Part shown: in pieces, positions 1 through 12,320 of the stretch | Layout of the letters: each line of letters begins with the position of its first letter | How positions within the stretch are numbered: the stretch's first letter is position 1 | Source: Auanema rhodensis | Taxonomy: Eukaryota > Animalia > Nematoda | NCBI GenBank assembly: GCA_964057225.1 | Contig: CAXKVF010000085.1 | Location: forward strand, 124,001 to 188,000 | DNA length: 64,000 nt | Direction of reading: 5' to 3' | The notes under the pieces: model-generated | Database searches by the model: none | Told to the model about the DNA's origin: nothing | Seen by the model: only the letters and a program-made list of their open reading frames with translations | Position numbers and translations under genes: made by a program

Positions 1-49
1 TTTATGCTAATTAAATGTACACGTGATGTGCACTTGGTATGTAACTCGC

Positions 50-59
50 TTCACGTGAA
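50..59. other. 10-bp perfect palindrome TTCACGTGAA with a CACGTG E-box/G-box core; per monomer, first copy given
   Basis: Read directly. A second CACGTG lies at 20-25 and a 1-mismatch copy, TTTACGTGAA, at 161-170. Protein binding is not demonstrated. Confidence 0.95.
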
Positions 60-137
60 AGATAAAGAGATGCGGTTTTCAAAATTAGATTCCCCATGTC
101 CATATTAGTCTAAAAACAAATTTTTATTGATATTGCT

Positions 138-152
138 TCATGGTAACCATGA
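138..152. other. 15-bp dyad TCATGGT-A-ACCATGA (contains a BstEII GGTNACC site); present in nearly every monomer, first copy given
   Basis: TCATGGT (138-144) is the exact reverse complement of ACCATGA (146-152). The common T138G allele shortens the arms to 6 bp. Confidence 0.95.
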
Positions 153-2640
153 CTTTGAAATTTACGTGAACTTTAATTTATGCTAATTAAATGTACACGT
201 GATGTGCACTTGGTATGTAACTCGCTTCACGTGAAAGATAAAGAGATGCGGTTTTCAAAATTAGATTCCCCATGTCCATATTAGTCTAAAAATAAATTTT
301 TATTGATATTGGTTCATGGTAACCATGACTTTGAAATTTACGTGAACTTTAATTTATGCTAATTAAATGTACACGTGATGTGCACTTGGTATGTAACTCG
401 CTTCACGTGAAAGATAAAGAGATGCGGTTTTCAAAATTAGATTCCCCATGTCCATATTAGTCTAAAAACAAATTTTTATTGATATTGGTGCATGGTAACC
501 ATGACTTTGAAATTTACGTGAACTTTAATTTATGCTAATTAAATGTACACGTGATGTGCACTTGGTATGTAACTCGCTTCACGTGAAAGATAAAGAAATG
601 CGGTTTCCAAAATTAGATTCCCCATGTCCATATTAGTCTAAAAACAAATTTTTATTGATATTGGTTCATGGTAACCATGACTTTGAAATTTACGTGAACT
701 TTAATTTATGCTAATTAAATGTACACGTGATGTGCACTTGGTATGTAACTCGCTTCACGTGAAAGATAAAGAGAAGCGGTTTTCAAAATTAGATTCCCCA
801 TGTCCATATTAGTCTAAAAACAAATTTTTATTGATATTGGTTCATGGTAACCATGACTTTGAAATTTACGTGAACTTTAATTTATGCTAATTAAATGTAC
901 ACGTGATGTGCACTTGGTATGTAACTCGCTTCACGTGAAAGATAAAGAGATGCGGTTTTCAAAATTAGATTCTCCATGTCCATATTAGTCTAAAAACAAA
1001 TTTTTATTGATATTGGTTCATGGTAACCATGACTTTGAAATTTACGTGAACTTTAATTTATGCTAATTAAATGTACACGTGATGTGCACTTGGTATGTAA
1101 CTCGCTTCACGTGAAAGATAAAGAGATGCGGTTTTCAAAATTAGATTCCCCATGTCCATATTAGTCTAAAAACAAATTTTTATTGATATTGGTTCATGGT
1201 AACCATGACTTTGAAATTTACGTGAACTTTAATTTATGCTAATTAAATGTACACGTGATGTGCACTTGGTATGTAACTCGCTTCACGTGAAAGATAAAGA
1301 GATGCGGTTTTCAAAATTAGATTCCCCATGTCCATATTAGTCTAAAAACAAATTTTTATTGATATTGGTGCATGGTAACCATGACTTTGAAATTTACGTG
1401 AACTTTAATTTATGCTAATTAAATGTACACGTGATGTGCACTTGGTATGTAACTCGCTTCACGTGAAAGATAAAGAGATGCGGTTTTCAAAATTAGATTC
1501 CCCATGTCCATATTAGTCTAAAAACAAATTTTTATTGATATTGGTGCATGGTAACCATGACTTTGAAATTTACGTGAACTTTAATTTATGCTAATTAAAT
1601 GTACACGTGATATGCACTTGGTATGTAACTCGCTTCACGTGAAAGATAAAGAGATGCGGTTTTCAAAATTAGATTCCCCATGTCCATATTAGTCTAAAAA
1701 CAAATTTTTATTGATATTGCTTCATGGTAACCATGACTTTGAAGTTTACGTGAACTTTAATTTATGCTAATTAAATGTACACGTGATGTGCACTTGGTAT
1801 GTAACTCGCTTCACGTGAAAGATAAAGAGATGCGGTTTTCAAAATTAGATTCCCCATGTCCATATTAGTCTAAAAACAAATTTTTATTGATATTGGTTCA
1901 TGGTAACCATGACTTTGAAATTTACGTGAACTTTAATTTATGCTAATTAAATGTACACGTGATGAGCACTTGGTATGTAACTCGCTTCACGTGAAAGATA
2001 AAGAGATGCGGTTTTCAAAATTAGATTCCCCATGTCCATATTAGTCTAAAAACAAATTTTTATTGATATTGGTTCATGGTAACCATGACTTTGAAATTTA
2101 CGTGAACTTTAATTTATGCTAATTAAATGTACACGTGATGTGCACTTGGTATGTAACTCGCTTCACGTGAAAGATAAAGAGATGCGGTTTTCAAAATTAG
2201 ATTCCCCATGTCCATATTAGTCTAAAAACAAATTTTTATTGATATTGCTTCATGGTAACCATGACTTTGAAGTTTACGTGAACTTTAATTTATGCTAATT
2301 AAATGTACACGTGATGTGCACTTGGTATGTAACTCGCTTCACGTGAAAGATAAAGAGATGCGGTTTTCAAAATTAGATTCCCCATGTCCATATTAGTCTA
2401 AAAACAAATTTTTATTGATATTGGTTCATGGTAACCATGACTTTGAAAATTACGTGAACTTTAATTTATGCTAATTAAATGTACACGTGATGTGCACTTG
2501 GTATGTAACTCGCTTCACGTGAAAGATAAAGAGATGCGGTTTTCAAAATTAGATTCCCCATGTCCATATTAGTCTAAAAACAAATTTTTATTGATATTGC
2601 TTCATGGTAACCATGACTTTGAAATTTACGTGAACTTTAA

Positions 2641-5600
2641 TTTATGCTAATTAAATGTACACGTGATGTGCACTTGGTATGTAACTCGCTTCACGTGAAA
2701 GATAAAGAGATGCGGTTTTCAAAATTAGATTCCCCATGTCCATATTAGTCTAAAAACAAATTTTTATTGATATTGATTCATGGTAACCATGACTTTGAAG
2801 TTTACGTGAACTTTAATTTATGCTAATTAAATGTACACGTGATGTGCACTTGGTATGTAACTCGCTTCACGTGAAAGATAAAGAGATGCGGTTTTCAAAA
2901 TTAGATTCCCCATGTCCATATTTGTCTAAAAACAAATTTTTATTGATATTGGTTCATGGTAACCATGACTTTGAAATTTACGTGAACTTTAATTTATGCT
3001 AATTAAATGTACACGTGATGTGCACTTGGTATGTAACTCGCTTCACGTGAAAGATAAAGAGATGCGGTTTTCAAAATTAGATTCCCCATGTCCATATTAG
3101 TCTAAAAACAAATTTTTATTGATATTGGTTCATGGTAACCATGACTTTGAAATTTACGTGAACTTTAATTTATGCTAATTAAATGTACACGTGATGTGCA
3201 CTTGGTATTTAACTCGCTTCACGTGAAAGATAAAGAGATGCGGTTTTCAAAATTAGATTCCCCATGTCCATATTAGTCTAAAAACAAATTTTTATTGATA
3301 TTGGTTCATGGTAACCATGACTTTGAAATTTACGTGAACTTTAATTTATGCTAATTAAATGTACACGTGATGTGCACTTGGTATGTAACTCGCTTCACGT
3401 GAAAGATAAAGAGATGCGGTTTTCAAAATTAGATTCCCCATGTCCATATTAGTCTAAAAACACATTTTTATTGATATTGGTTCATGGTAACCATGACTTT
3501 GAAATTTACGTGAACTTTAATTTATGCTAATTAAATGTACACGTGATGTGCACTTGGTATGTAACTCGCTTCACGTGAAAGATAAAGAGATGCGGTTTTC
3601 AAAATTAGATTCCCCATGTCCATATTAGTCTAAAAACAAATTTTTATTGATATTGGTTCATGGTAACCATGACTTTGAAATTTACGTGAACTTTAATTTA
3701 TGCTAATTAAATGTACACGTGATGTGCACTTGGTATGTAACTCGCTTCACGTGAAAGATAAAGAGATGCGGTTTTCAAAATTAGATTCCCCATGTCCATA
3801 TTAGTCTAAAAACAAATTTTTATTGATATTGCTTCATGGTAACCATGACTTTGAAATTTACGTGAACTTTAATTTATGCTAATTAAATGTACACGTGATG
3901 TGCACTTGGTATGTAACTCGCTTCACGTGAAAGATAAAGAGATGCGGTTTTCAAAATTAGATTCCCCATGTCCATATTAGTCTAAAAACAAATTTTTATT
4001 GATATTGGTTCATGGTAACCATGACTTTGAAATTTACGTGAACTTTAATTTATGCTAATTAAATGTACACGTGATGTGCACTTGGTATGTAACTCGCTTC
4101 ACGTGAAAGATAAAGAGATGCGGTTTTCAAAATTAGATTCCCCATGTCCATATTAGTCTAAAAACAAATTTTTATTGATATTGCTTCATGGTAACCATGA
4201 CTTTGAAATTTACGTGAACTTTAATTTATGCTAATTAAATGTACACGTGATGTGCACTTGGTATGTAACTCGCTTCACGTGAAAGATAAAGAGATGCGGT
4301 TTTCAAAATTAGATTCCCCATGTCCATATTAGTCTAAAAACAAATTTTTATTGATATTGGTTCATGGTAACCATGACTTTGAAATTTACGTGAACTTTAA
4401 TTTATGCTAATTAAATGTACACGTGATGTGCACTTGGTATGTAACTCGCTTCACGTGAAAGATAAAGAGATGCGGTTTTCAAAATTAGATTCCCCATGTC
4501 CATATTAGTCTAAAAACAAATTTTTATTGATATTGGTTCATGGTAACCATGACTTTGAAATTTACGTGAACTTTAATTTATGCTAATTAAATGTACACGT
4601 GATGTGCACTTGGTATGTAACTCGCTTCACGTGAAAGATAAAGAGATGCGGTTTTCAAAATTAGATTCCCCATGTCCATATTAGTCTAAAAACAAATTTT
4701 TATTGATATTGGTGCATGGTAACCATGACTTTGAAATTTACGTGAACTTTAATTTATGCTTATTAAATGTACACGTGATGTGCACTTGGTATGTAACTCG
4801 CTTCACGTGAAAGATAAAGAAATGCGGTTTTCAAAATTAGATTCCCCATGTCCATATTAGTCTAAAAACAAATTTTTATTGATATTGGTTCATGGTAACC
4901 ATGACTTTGAAATTTACGTGAACTTTAATTTATGCTAATTAAATGTACACGTGATGTGCACTTGGTATGTAACTCGCTTCACGTGAAAGATAAGGAGATG
5001 CGGTTTTCAAAATTAGATTCCCCATGTCCATATTAGTCTAAAAACAAATTTTTATTGATATTGGTTCATGGTAACCATGACTTTGAAATTTACGTGAACT
5101 TTAATTTATGCTAATTAAATGTACACGTGATGTGCACTTGGTATGTAACTCGCTTCACGTGAAAGATAAAGAGATGCGGTTTTCAAAATTAGATGCCACA
5201 TGTCCATATTAGTCTAAAAACAAATGTTTATTGATATTGCTTCATGGTAACCATGACTTTGAAATTTACGTGAACTTTAATTTATGCTAATTAAATGTAC
5301 ACGTGATGTGCACTTGGTATGTAACTCGCTTCACGTGAAAGATAAAGAGATGCGGTTTTCAAAATTAGATTCCCCATGTCCATATTAGTCTAAAAACAAA
5401 TTTTTATTGATATTGGTTCATGGTAACCATGACTTTGAAATTTACGTGAACTTTAATTTATGCTAATTAAATGTACACGTGATGTGCACTTGGTATGTAA
5501 CTCGCTTCACGTGAAAGATAAAGAGATGCGGTTTTCAAAATTAGATTCCCCATGTCCATATTAGTCTAAAAACAAATTTTTATTGATATTGCTTCATGGT

Positions 5601-8600
5601 AACCATGACTTTGAAATTTACGTGAACTTTAATTTATGCTAATTAAATGTACACGTGATGTGCACTTGGTATGTAACTCGCTTCACGTGAAAGATAAAGA
5701 GATGCGGTTTTCAAAATTAGATTCCCCATGTCCATATTAGTCTAAAAACAAATTTTTATTGATTTTGGTTCATGGTAACCATGACTTTGAAATTTACGTG
5801 AACTTTAATTTATGCTAATTAAATGTACACGTGATGTGCACTTGGTATGTAACTCGCTTCACGTGAAAGATAAAGAGATGCGGTTTTCAAAATTAGATGC
5901 CACATGTCCATATTAGTCTAAAAACAAATGTTTATTGATATTGCTTCATGGTAACCATGACTTTGAAATTTACGTGAACTTTAATTTATGCTAATTAAAT
6001 GTACACGTGATGTGCACTTGGTATGTAACTCGCTTCACGTGAAAGATAAAGAGATGCGGTTTTCAAAATTAGATTCCCCATGTCCATATTAGTCTAAAAA
6101 CAAATTTTTATTGATATTGGTTCATGGTAACCATGACTTTGAAATTTACGTGAACTTTAATTTATGCTAATTAAATGTACACGTGATGTGCACTTGGTAT
6201 GTAACTCGCTTCACGTGAAAGATAAAGAGATGCGGTTTTCAAAATTAGATTCCCCATGTCCATATTAGTCTAAAAACAAATTTTTATTGATATTGCTTCA
6301 TGGTAACCATGACTTTGAAATTTACGTGAACTTTAATTTATGCTAATTAAATGTACACGTGATGTGCACTTGGTATGTAACTCGCTTCACGTGAAAGATA
6401 AAGAGATGCGGTTTTCAAAATTAGATTCCCCATGTCCATATTAGTCTAAAAACAAATTTTTATTGATATTGGTTCATGGTAACCATGACTTTGAAATTTA
6501 CGTGAACTTTAATTTATGCTAATTAAATGTACACGTGATGTGCACTTGGTATGTAACTTGCTTCACGTGAAAGATAAAGAGATGCGGTTTTCAAAATTAG
6601 ATTCCCCATGTCCATATTAGTCTAAAAACAAATTTTTATTGATATTGATTCATGGTAACCATGACTTTGAAGTTTACGTGAACTTTAATTTATGCTAATT
6701 AAATGTACACGTGATGTGCACTTGGTATGTAACTCGCTTCACGTGAAAGATAAAGAGATGCGGTTTTCAAAATTAGATTCCCCATGTCCATATTTGTCTA
6801 AAAACAAATTTTTATTGATATTGGTTCATGGTAACCATGACTTTGAAATTTACGTGAACTTTAATTTATGCTAATTAAATGTACACGTGATGTGCACTTG
6901 GTATGTAACTCGCTTCACGTGAAAGATAAAGAGATGCGGTTTTCAAAATTAGATTCCCCATGTCCATATTAGTCTAAAAACAAATTTTTATTGATATTGG
7001 TTCATGGTAACCATGACTTTGAAATTTACGTGAACTTTAATTTATGCTAATTAAATGTACACGTGATGTGCACTTGGTATTTAACTCGCTTCACGTGAAA
7101 GATAAAGAGATGCGGTTTTCAAAATTAGATTCCCCATGTCCATATTAGTCTAAAAACAAATTTTTATTGATATTGGTTCATGGTAACCATGACTTTGAAA
7201 TTTACGTGAACTTTAATTTATGCTAATTAAATGTACACGTGATGTGCACTTGGTATGTAACTCGCTTCACGTGAAAGATAAAGAGATGCGGTTTTCAAAA
7301 TTAGATTCCCCATGTCCATATTAGTCTAAAAACACATTTTTATTGATATTGGTTCATGGTAACCATGACTTTGAAATTTACGTGAACTTTAATTTATGCT
7401 AATTAAATGTACACGTGATGTGCACTTGGTATGTAACTCGCTTCACGTGAAAGATAAAGAGATGCGGTTTTCAAAATTAGATTCCCCATGTCCATATTAG
7501 TCTAAAAACAAATTTTTATTGATATTGGTTCATGGTAACCATGACTTTGAAATTTACGTGAACTTTAATTTATGCTAATTAAATGTACACGTGATGTGCA
7601 CTTGGTATGTAACTCGCTTCACGTGAAAGATAAAGAGATGCGGTTTTCAAAATTAGATTCCCCATGTCCATATTAGTCTAAAAACAAATTTTTATTGATA
7701 TTGCTTCATGGTAACCATGACTTTGAAATTTACGTGAACTTTAATTTATGCTAATTAAATGTACACGTGATGTGCACTTGGTATGTAACTCGCTTCACGT
7801 GAAAGATAAAGAGATGCGGTTTTCAAAATTAGATTCCCCATGTCCATATTAGTCTAAAAACAAATTTTTATTGATATTGGTTCATGGTAACCATGACTTT
7901 GAAATTTACGTGAACTTTAATTTATGCTAATTAAATGTACACGTGATGTGCACTTGGTATGTAACTCGCTTCACGTGAAAGATAAAGAGATGCGGTTTTC
8001 AAAATTAGATTCCCCATGTCCATATTAGTCTAAAAACAAATTTTTATTGATATTGCTTCATGGTAACCATGACTTTGAAATTTACGTGAACTTTAATTTA
8101 TGCTAATTAAATGTACACGTGATGTGCACTTGGTATGTAACTCGCTTCACGTGAAAGATAAAGAGATGCGGTTTTCAAAATTAGATTCCCCATGTCCATA
8201 TTAGTCTAAAAACAAATTTTTATTGATATTGGTTCATGGTAACCATGACTTTGAAATTTACGTGAACTTTAATTTATGCTAATTAAATGTACACGTGATG
8301 TGCACTTGGTATGTAACTCGCTTCACGTGAAAGATAAAGAGATGCGGTTTTCAAAATTAGATTCCCCATGTCCATATTAGTCTAAAAACAAATTTTTATT
8401 GATATTGGTTCATGGTAACCATGACTTTGAAATTTACGTGAACTTTAATTTATGCTAATTAAATGTACACGTGATGTGCACTTGGTATGTAACTCGCTTC
8501 ACGTGAAAGATAAAGAGATGCGGTTTTCAAAATTAGATTCCCCATGTCCATATTAGTCTAAAAACAAATTTTTATTGATATTGGTGCATGGTAACCATGA

Positions 8601-10912
8601 CTTTGAAATTTACGTGAACTTTAATTTATGCTTATTAAATGTACACGTGATGTGCACTTGGTATGTAACTCGCTTCACGTGAAAGATAAAGAAATGCGGT
8701 TTTCAAAATTAGATTCCCCATGTCCATATTAGTCTAAAAACAAATTTTTATTGATATTGGTTCATGGTAACCATGACTTTGAAATTTACGTGAACTTTAA
8801 TTTATGCTAATTAAATGTACACGTGATGTGCACTTGGTATGTAACTCGCTTCACGTGAAAGATAAAGAGATGCGGTTTTCAAAATTAGATTCCCCATGTC
8901 CATATTAGTCTAAAAACAAATTTTTATTGATATTGGTTCATGGTAACCATGACTTTGAAATTTACGTGAACTTTAATTTATGCTAATTAAATGTACACGT
9001 GATGTGCACTTGGTATGTAACTCGCTTCACGTGAAAGATAAAGAGATGCGGTTTTCAAAATTAGATTCCCCATGTCCATATTAGTCTAAAAACAAATTTT
9101 TATTGATATTGCTTCATGGTAACCATGACTTTGAAATTTACGTGAACTTTAATTTATGCTAATTAAATGTACACGTGATGTGCACTTGGTATGTAACTCG
9201 CTTCACGTGAAAGATAAAGAGATGCGGTTTTCAAAATTAGATTCCCCATGTCCATATTAGTCTAAAAACAAATTTTTATTGATTTTGGTTCATGGTAACC
9301 ATGACTTTGAAATTTACGTGAACTTTAATTTATGCTAATTAAATGTACACGTGATGTGCACTTGGTATGTAACTCGCTTCACGTGAAAGATAAAGAGATG
9401 CGGTTTTCAAAATTAGATGCCACATGTCCATATTAGTCTAAAAACAAATGTTTATTGATATTGCTTCATGGTAACCATGACTTTGAAATTTACGTGAACT
9501 TTAATTTATGCTAATTAAATGTACACGTGATGTGCACTTGGTATGTAACTCGCTTCACGTGAAAGATAAAGAGATGCGGTTTTCAAAATTAGATTCCCCA
9601 TGTCCATATTAGTCTAAAAACAAATTTTTATTGATATTGGTTCATGGTAACCATGACTTTGAAATTTACGTGAACTTTAATTTATGCTAATTAAATGTAC
9701 ACGTGATGTGCACTTGGTATGTAACTCGCTTCACGTGAAAGATAAAGAGATGCGGTTTTCAAAATTAGATTCCCCATGTCCATATTAGTCTAAAAACAAA
9801 TTTTTATTGATATTGCTTCATGGTAACCATGACTTTGAAATTTACGTGAACTTTAATTTATGCTAATTAAATGTACACGTGATGTGCACTTGGTATGTAA
9901 CTCGCTTCACGTGAAAGATAAAGAGATGCGGTTTTCAAAATTAGATTCCCCATGTCCATATTAGTCTAAAAACAAATTTTTATTGATTTTGGTTCATGGT
10001 AACCATGACTTTGAAATTTACGTGAACTTTAATTTATGCTAATTAAATGTACACGTGATGTGCACTTGGTATGTAACTCGCTTCACGTGAAAGATAAAGA
10101 GATGCGGTTTTCAAAATTAGATGCCACATGTCCATATTAGTCTAAAAACAAATGTTTATTGATATTGCTTCATGGTAACCATGACTTTGAAATTTACGTG
10201 AACTTTAATTTATGCTAATTAAATGTACACGTGATGTGCACTTGGTATGTAACTCGCTTCACGTGAAAGATAAAGAGATGCGGTTTTCAAAATTAGATTC
10301 CCCATGTCCATATTAGTCTAAAAACAAATTTTTATTGATATTGGTTCATGGTAACCATGACTTTGAAATTTACGTGAACTTTAATTTATGCTAATTAAAT
10401 GTACACGTGATGTGCACTTGGTATGTAACTCGCTTCACGTGAAAGATAAAGAGATGCGGTTTTCAAAATTAGATTCCCCATGTCCATATTAGTCTAAAAA
10501 CAAATTTTTATTGATATTGCTTCATGGTAACCATGACTTTGAAATTTACGTGAACTTTAATTTATGCTAATTAAATGTACACGTGATGTGCACTTGGTAT
10601 GTAACTCGCTTCACGTGAAAGATAAAGAGATGCGGTTTTCAAAATTAGATTCCCCATGTCCATATTAGTCTAAAAACAAATTTTTATTGATATTGGTTCA
10701 TGGTAACCATGACTTTGAAATTTACGTGAACTTTAATTTATGCTAATTAAATGTACACGTGATGTGCACTTGGTATGTAACTTGCTTCACGTGAAAGATA
10801 AAGAGATGCGGTTTTCAAAATTAGATGCCACATGTCCATATTAGTCTAAAAACAAATTTTTATTGATATTGCTTCATGGTAACCATGACTTTGAAATTTA
10901 CGTGAACTTTAA
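2641..10912 (+). repeat. Local tandem duplication of about 22-24 monomers (offset 3872 bp, then 4224 bp)
   Basis: Rare variants recur in order at +3872: G136A with A160G, A107T (2923/6795), G41T, A119C, and A9T with G69A. Downstream markers (A132T, T91G/C94A/T122G, C47T) recur at +4224. Confidence 0.9.
8801..10208 (+). repeat. 4-monomer (704-bp) higher-order unit, 2 tandem copies; related copies at about 5105-5984
   Basis: The order consensus / G136C / A132T (gattttgg) / GCCACA+AATGTTT repeats at +704. Confidence 0.85.
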
Positions 10913-12320
10913 TTTATGCTAATTAAATGTACACGTGATGTGCACTTGGTATGTAACTCGCTTCACGTGAAAGATAAAGAGATGCGGTTTTCAAAATTAG
11001 ATTCCCCATGTCCATATTAGTCTAAAAACAAATTTTTATTGATATTGGTTCATGGTAACCATGACTTTGAAATTTACGTGAACTTTAATTTATGCTAATT
11101 AAATGTACACGTGATGTGCACTTGGTATGTAACTCGCTTCACGTGAAAGACAAAGAGATGCGGTTTTCAAAATTAGATTCCCCATGTCCATATTAGTCTA
11201 AAAACAAATTTTTATTGATATTGGTGCATGGTAACCATGACTTTGAAATTTACGTGAACTTTAATTTATGCTAATTAAATGTACACGTGATGTGCACTTG
11301 GTATGTAACTCGCTTCACGTGAAAGATAAAGAGATGCGGTTTTCAAAATTAGATTCCCCATGTCCATATTAGTCTAAAAACAAATTTTTATTAATATTGG
11401 TGCATGGTAACCATGACTTTGAAATTTACGTGAACTTTAATTTATGCTAATTAAATGTACACGTGATGTGCACTTGGTATGTAACTCGCTTCACGTGAAA
11501 GATAAAGAGATGCGGTTTTCAAAATTAGATTCCCCATGTCCATATTAGTCTAAAAACAAATTTTTATTGATATTGGTGCATGGTAACCATGACTTTGAAA
11601 TTTACGTGAACTTTAATTTATGCTAATTAAATGTACACGTGATGTGCACTTGGTATGTAACTCGCTTCACGTGAAAGATAAAGAGATGCGGTTTTCAAAA
11701 TTAGATTCCCCATGTCCATATTAGTCTAAAAACAAATTTTTATTGATATTGGTGCATGGTAACCATGACTTTGAAATTTACGTGAACTTTAATTTATGCT
11801 AATTAAATGTACACGTGATGTGCACTTGGTATGTAACTCGCTTCACGTGAAAGATAAAGAGATGCGGTTTTCAAAATTAGATTCCCCATGTCCATATTAG
11901 TCTAAAAACAAATTTTTATTGATATTGGTGCATGGTAACCATGACTTTGAAATTTACGTGAACTTTAATTTATGCTAATTAAATGTACACGTGATGTGCA
12001 CTTGGTATGTAACTCGCTTCACGTGAAAGATAAAGAGATGCGGTTTTCAAAATTAGATTCCCCATGTCCATATTAGTCTAAAAACAAATTTTTATTGATA
12101 TTGGTGCATGGTAACCATGACTTTGAAATTTACGTGAACTTTAATTTATGCTAATTAAATGTACACGTGATGTGCACTTGGTATGTAACTCGCTTCACGT
12201 GAAAGATAAAGAGATGCGGTTTTCAAAATTAGATTCCCCATGTCCATATTAGTCTAAAAACAAATTTTTATTGATATTGGTGCATGGTAACCATGACTTT
12301 GAAATTTACGTGAACTTTAA

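Noticed and set aside
3-13. Octamer/POU-like ATGCTAAT and homeodomain TAATTA motif as a regulatory site
   Set aside because: Short AT-rich motifs are expected by chance at 68% AT, and there is no linked gene or other support.
43-76. CENP-B box
   Set aside because: Only CTCG and GCGG fragments occur; the required TTCG-N4-A-N2-CGGG is absent on both strands.
20-140. Budding-yeast point centromere (CDEI-CDEII-CDEIII)
   Set aside because: The CDEI-like octamer is present, but no >90% AT CDEII of about 80 bp or CDEIII follows, and point centromeres are single-copy.
1-176. Assignment to known satellites of similar length (Brassica CentBr, Arabidopsis CEN178/180, honeybee AluI, primate alpha satellite)
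   Set aside because: The consensus has no AAGCTT or AGCT site and no similarity I can recognise. Length alone is not diagnostic, and a database search is needed.
1-176. Tandem 5S rRNA, tRNA, snRNA or spliced-leader gene unit
   Set aside because: I find no 5S or tRNA conserved motifs, no A/B boxes and no recognisable snRNA or spliced-leader sequence.
2820-3002. 60-aa ORF MLIKCTRDVHLV...
   Set aside because: It is one satellite monomer in which A107T (2923) turns the consensus TAG into TTG. There is no recognisable domain or gene context, and all but two monomers keep the stop.
6692-6874. Identical 60-aa ORF
   Set aside because: It is a copy of the same variant monomer within the 3872-bp duplication, so identity reflects recent duplication rather than coding constraint.
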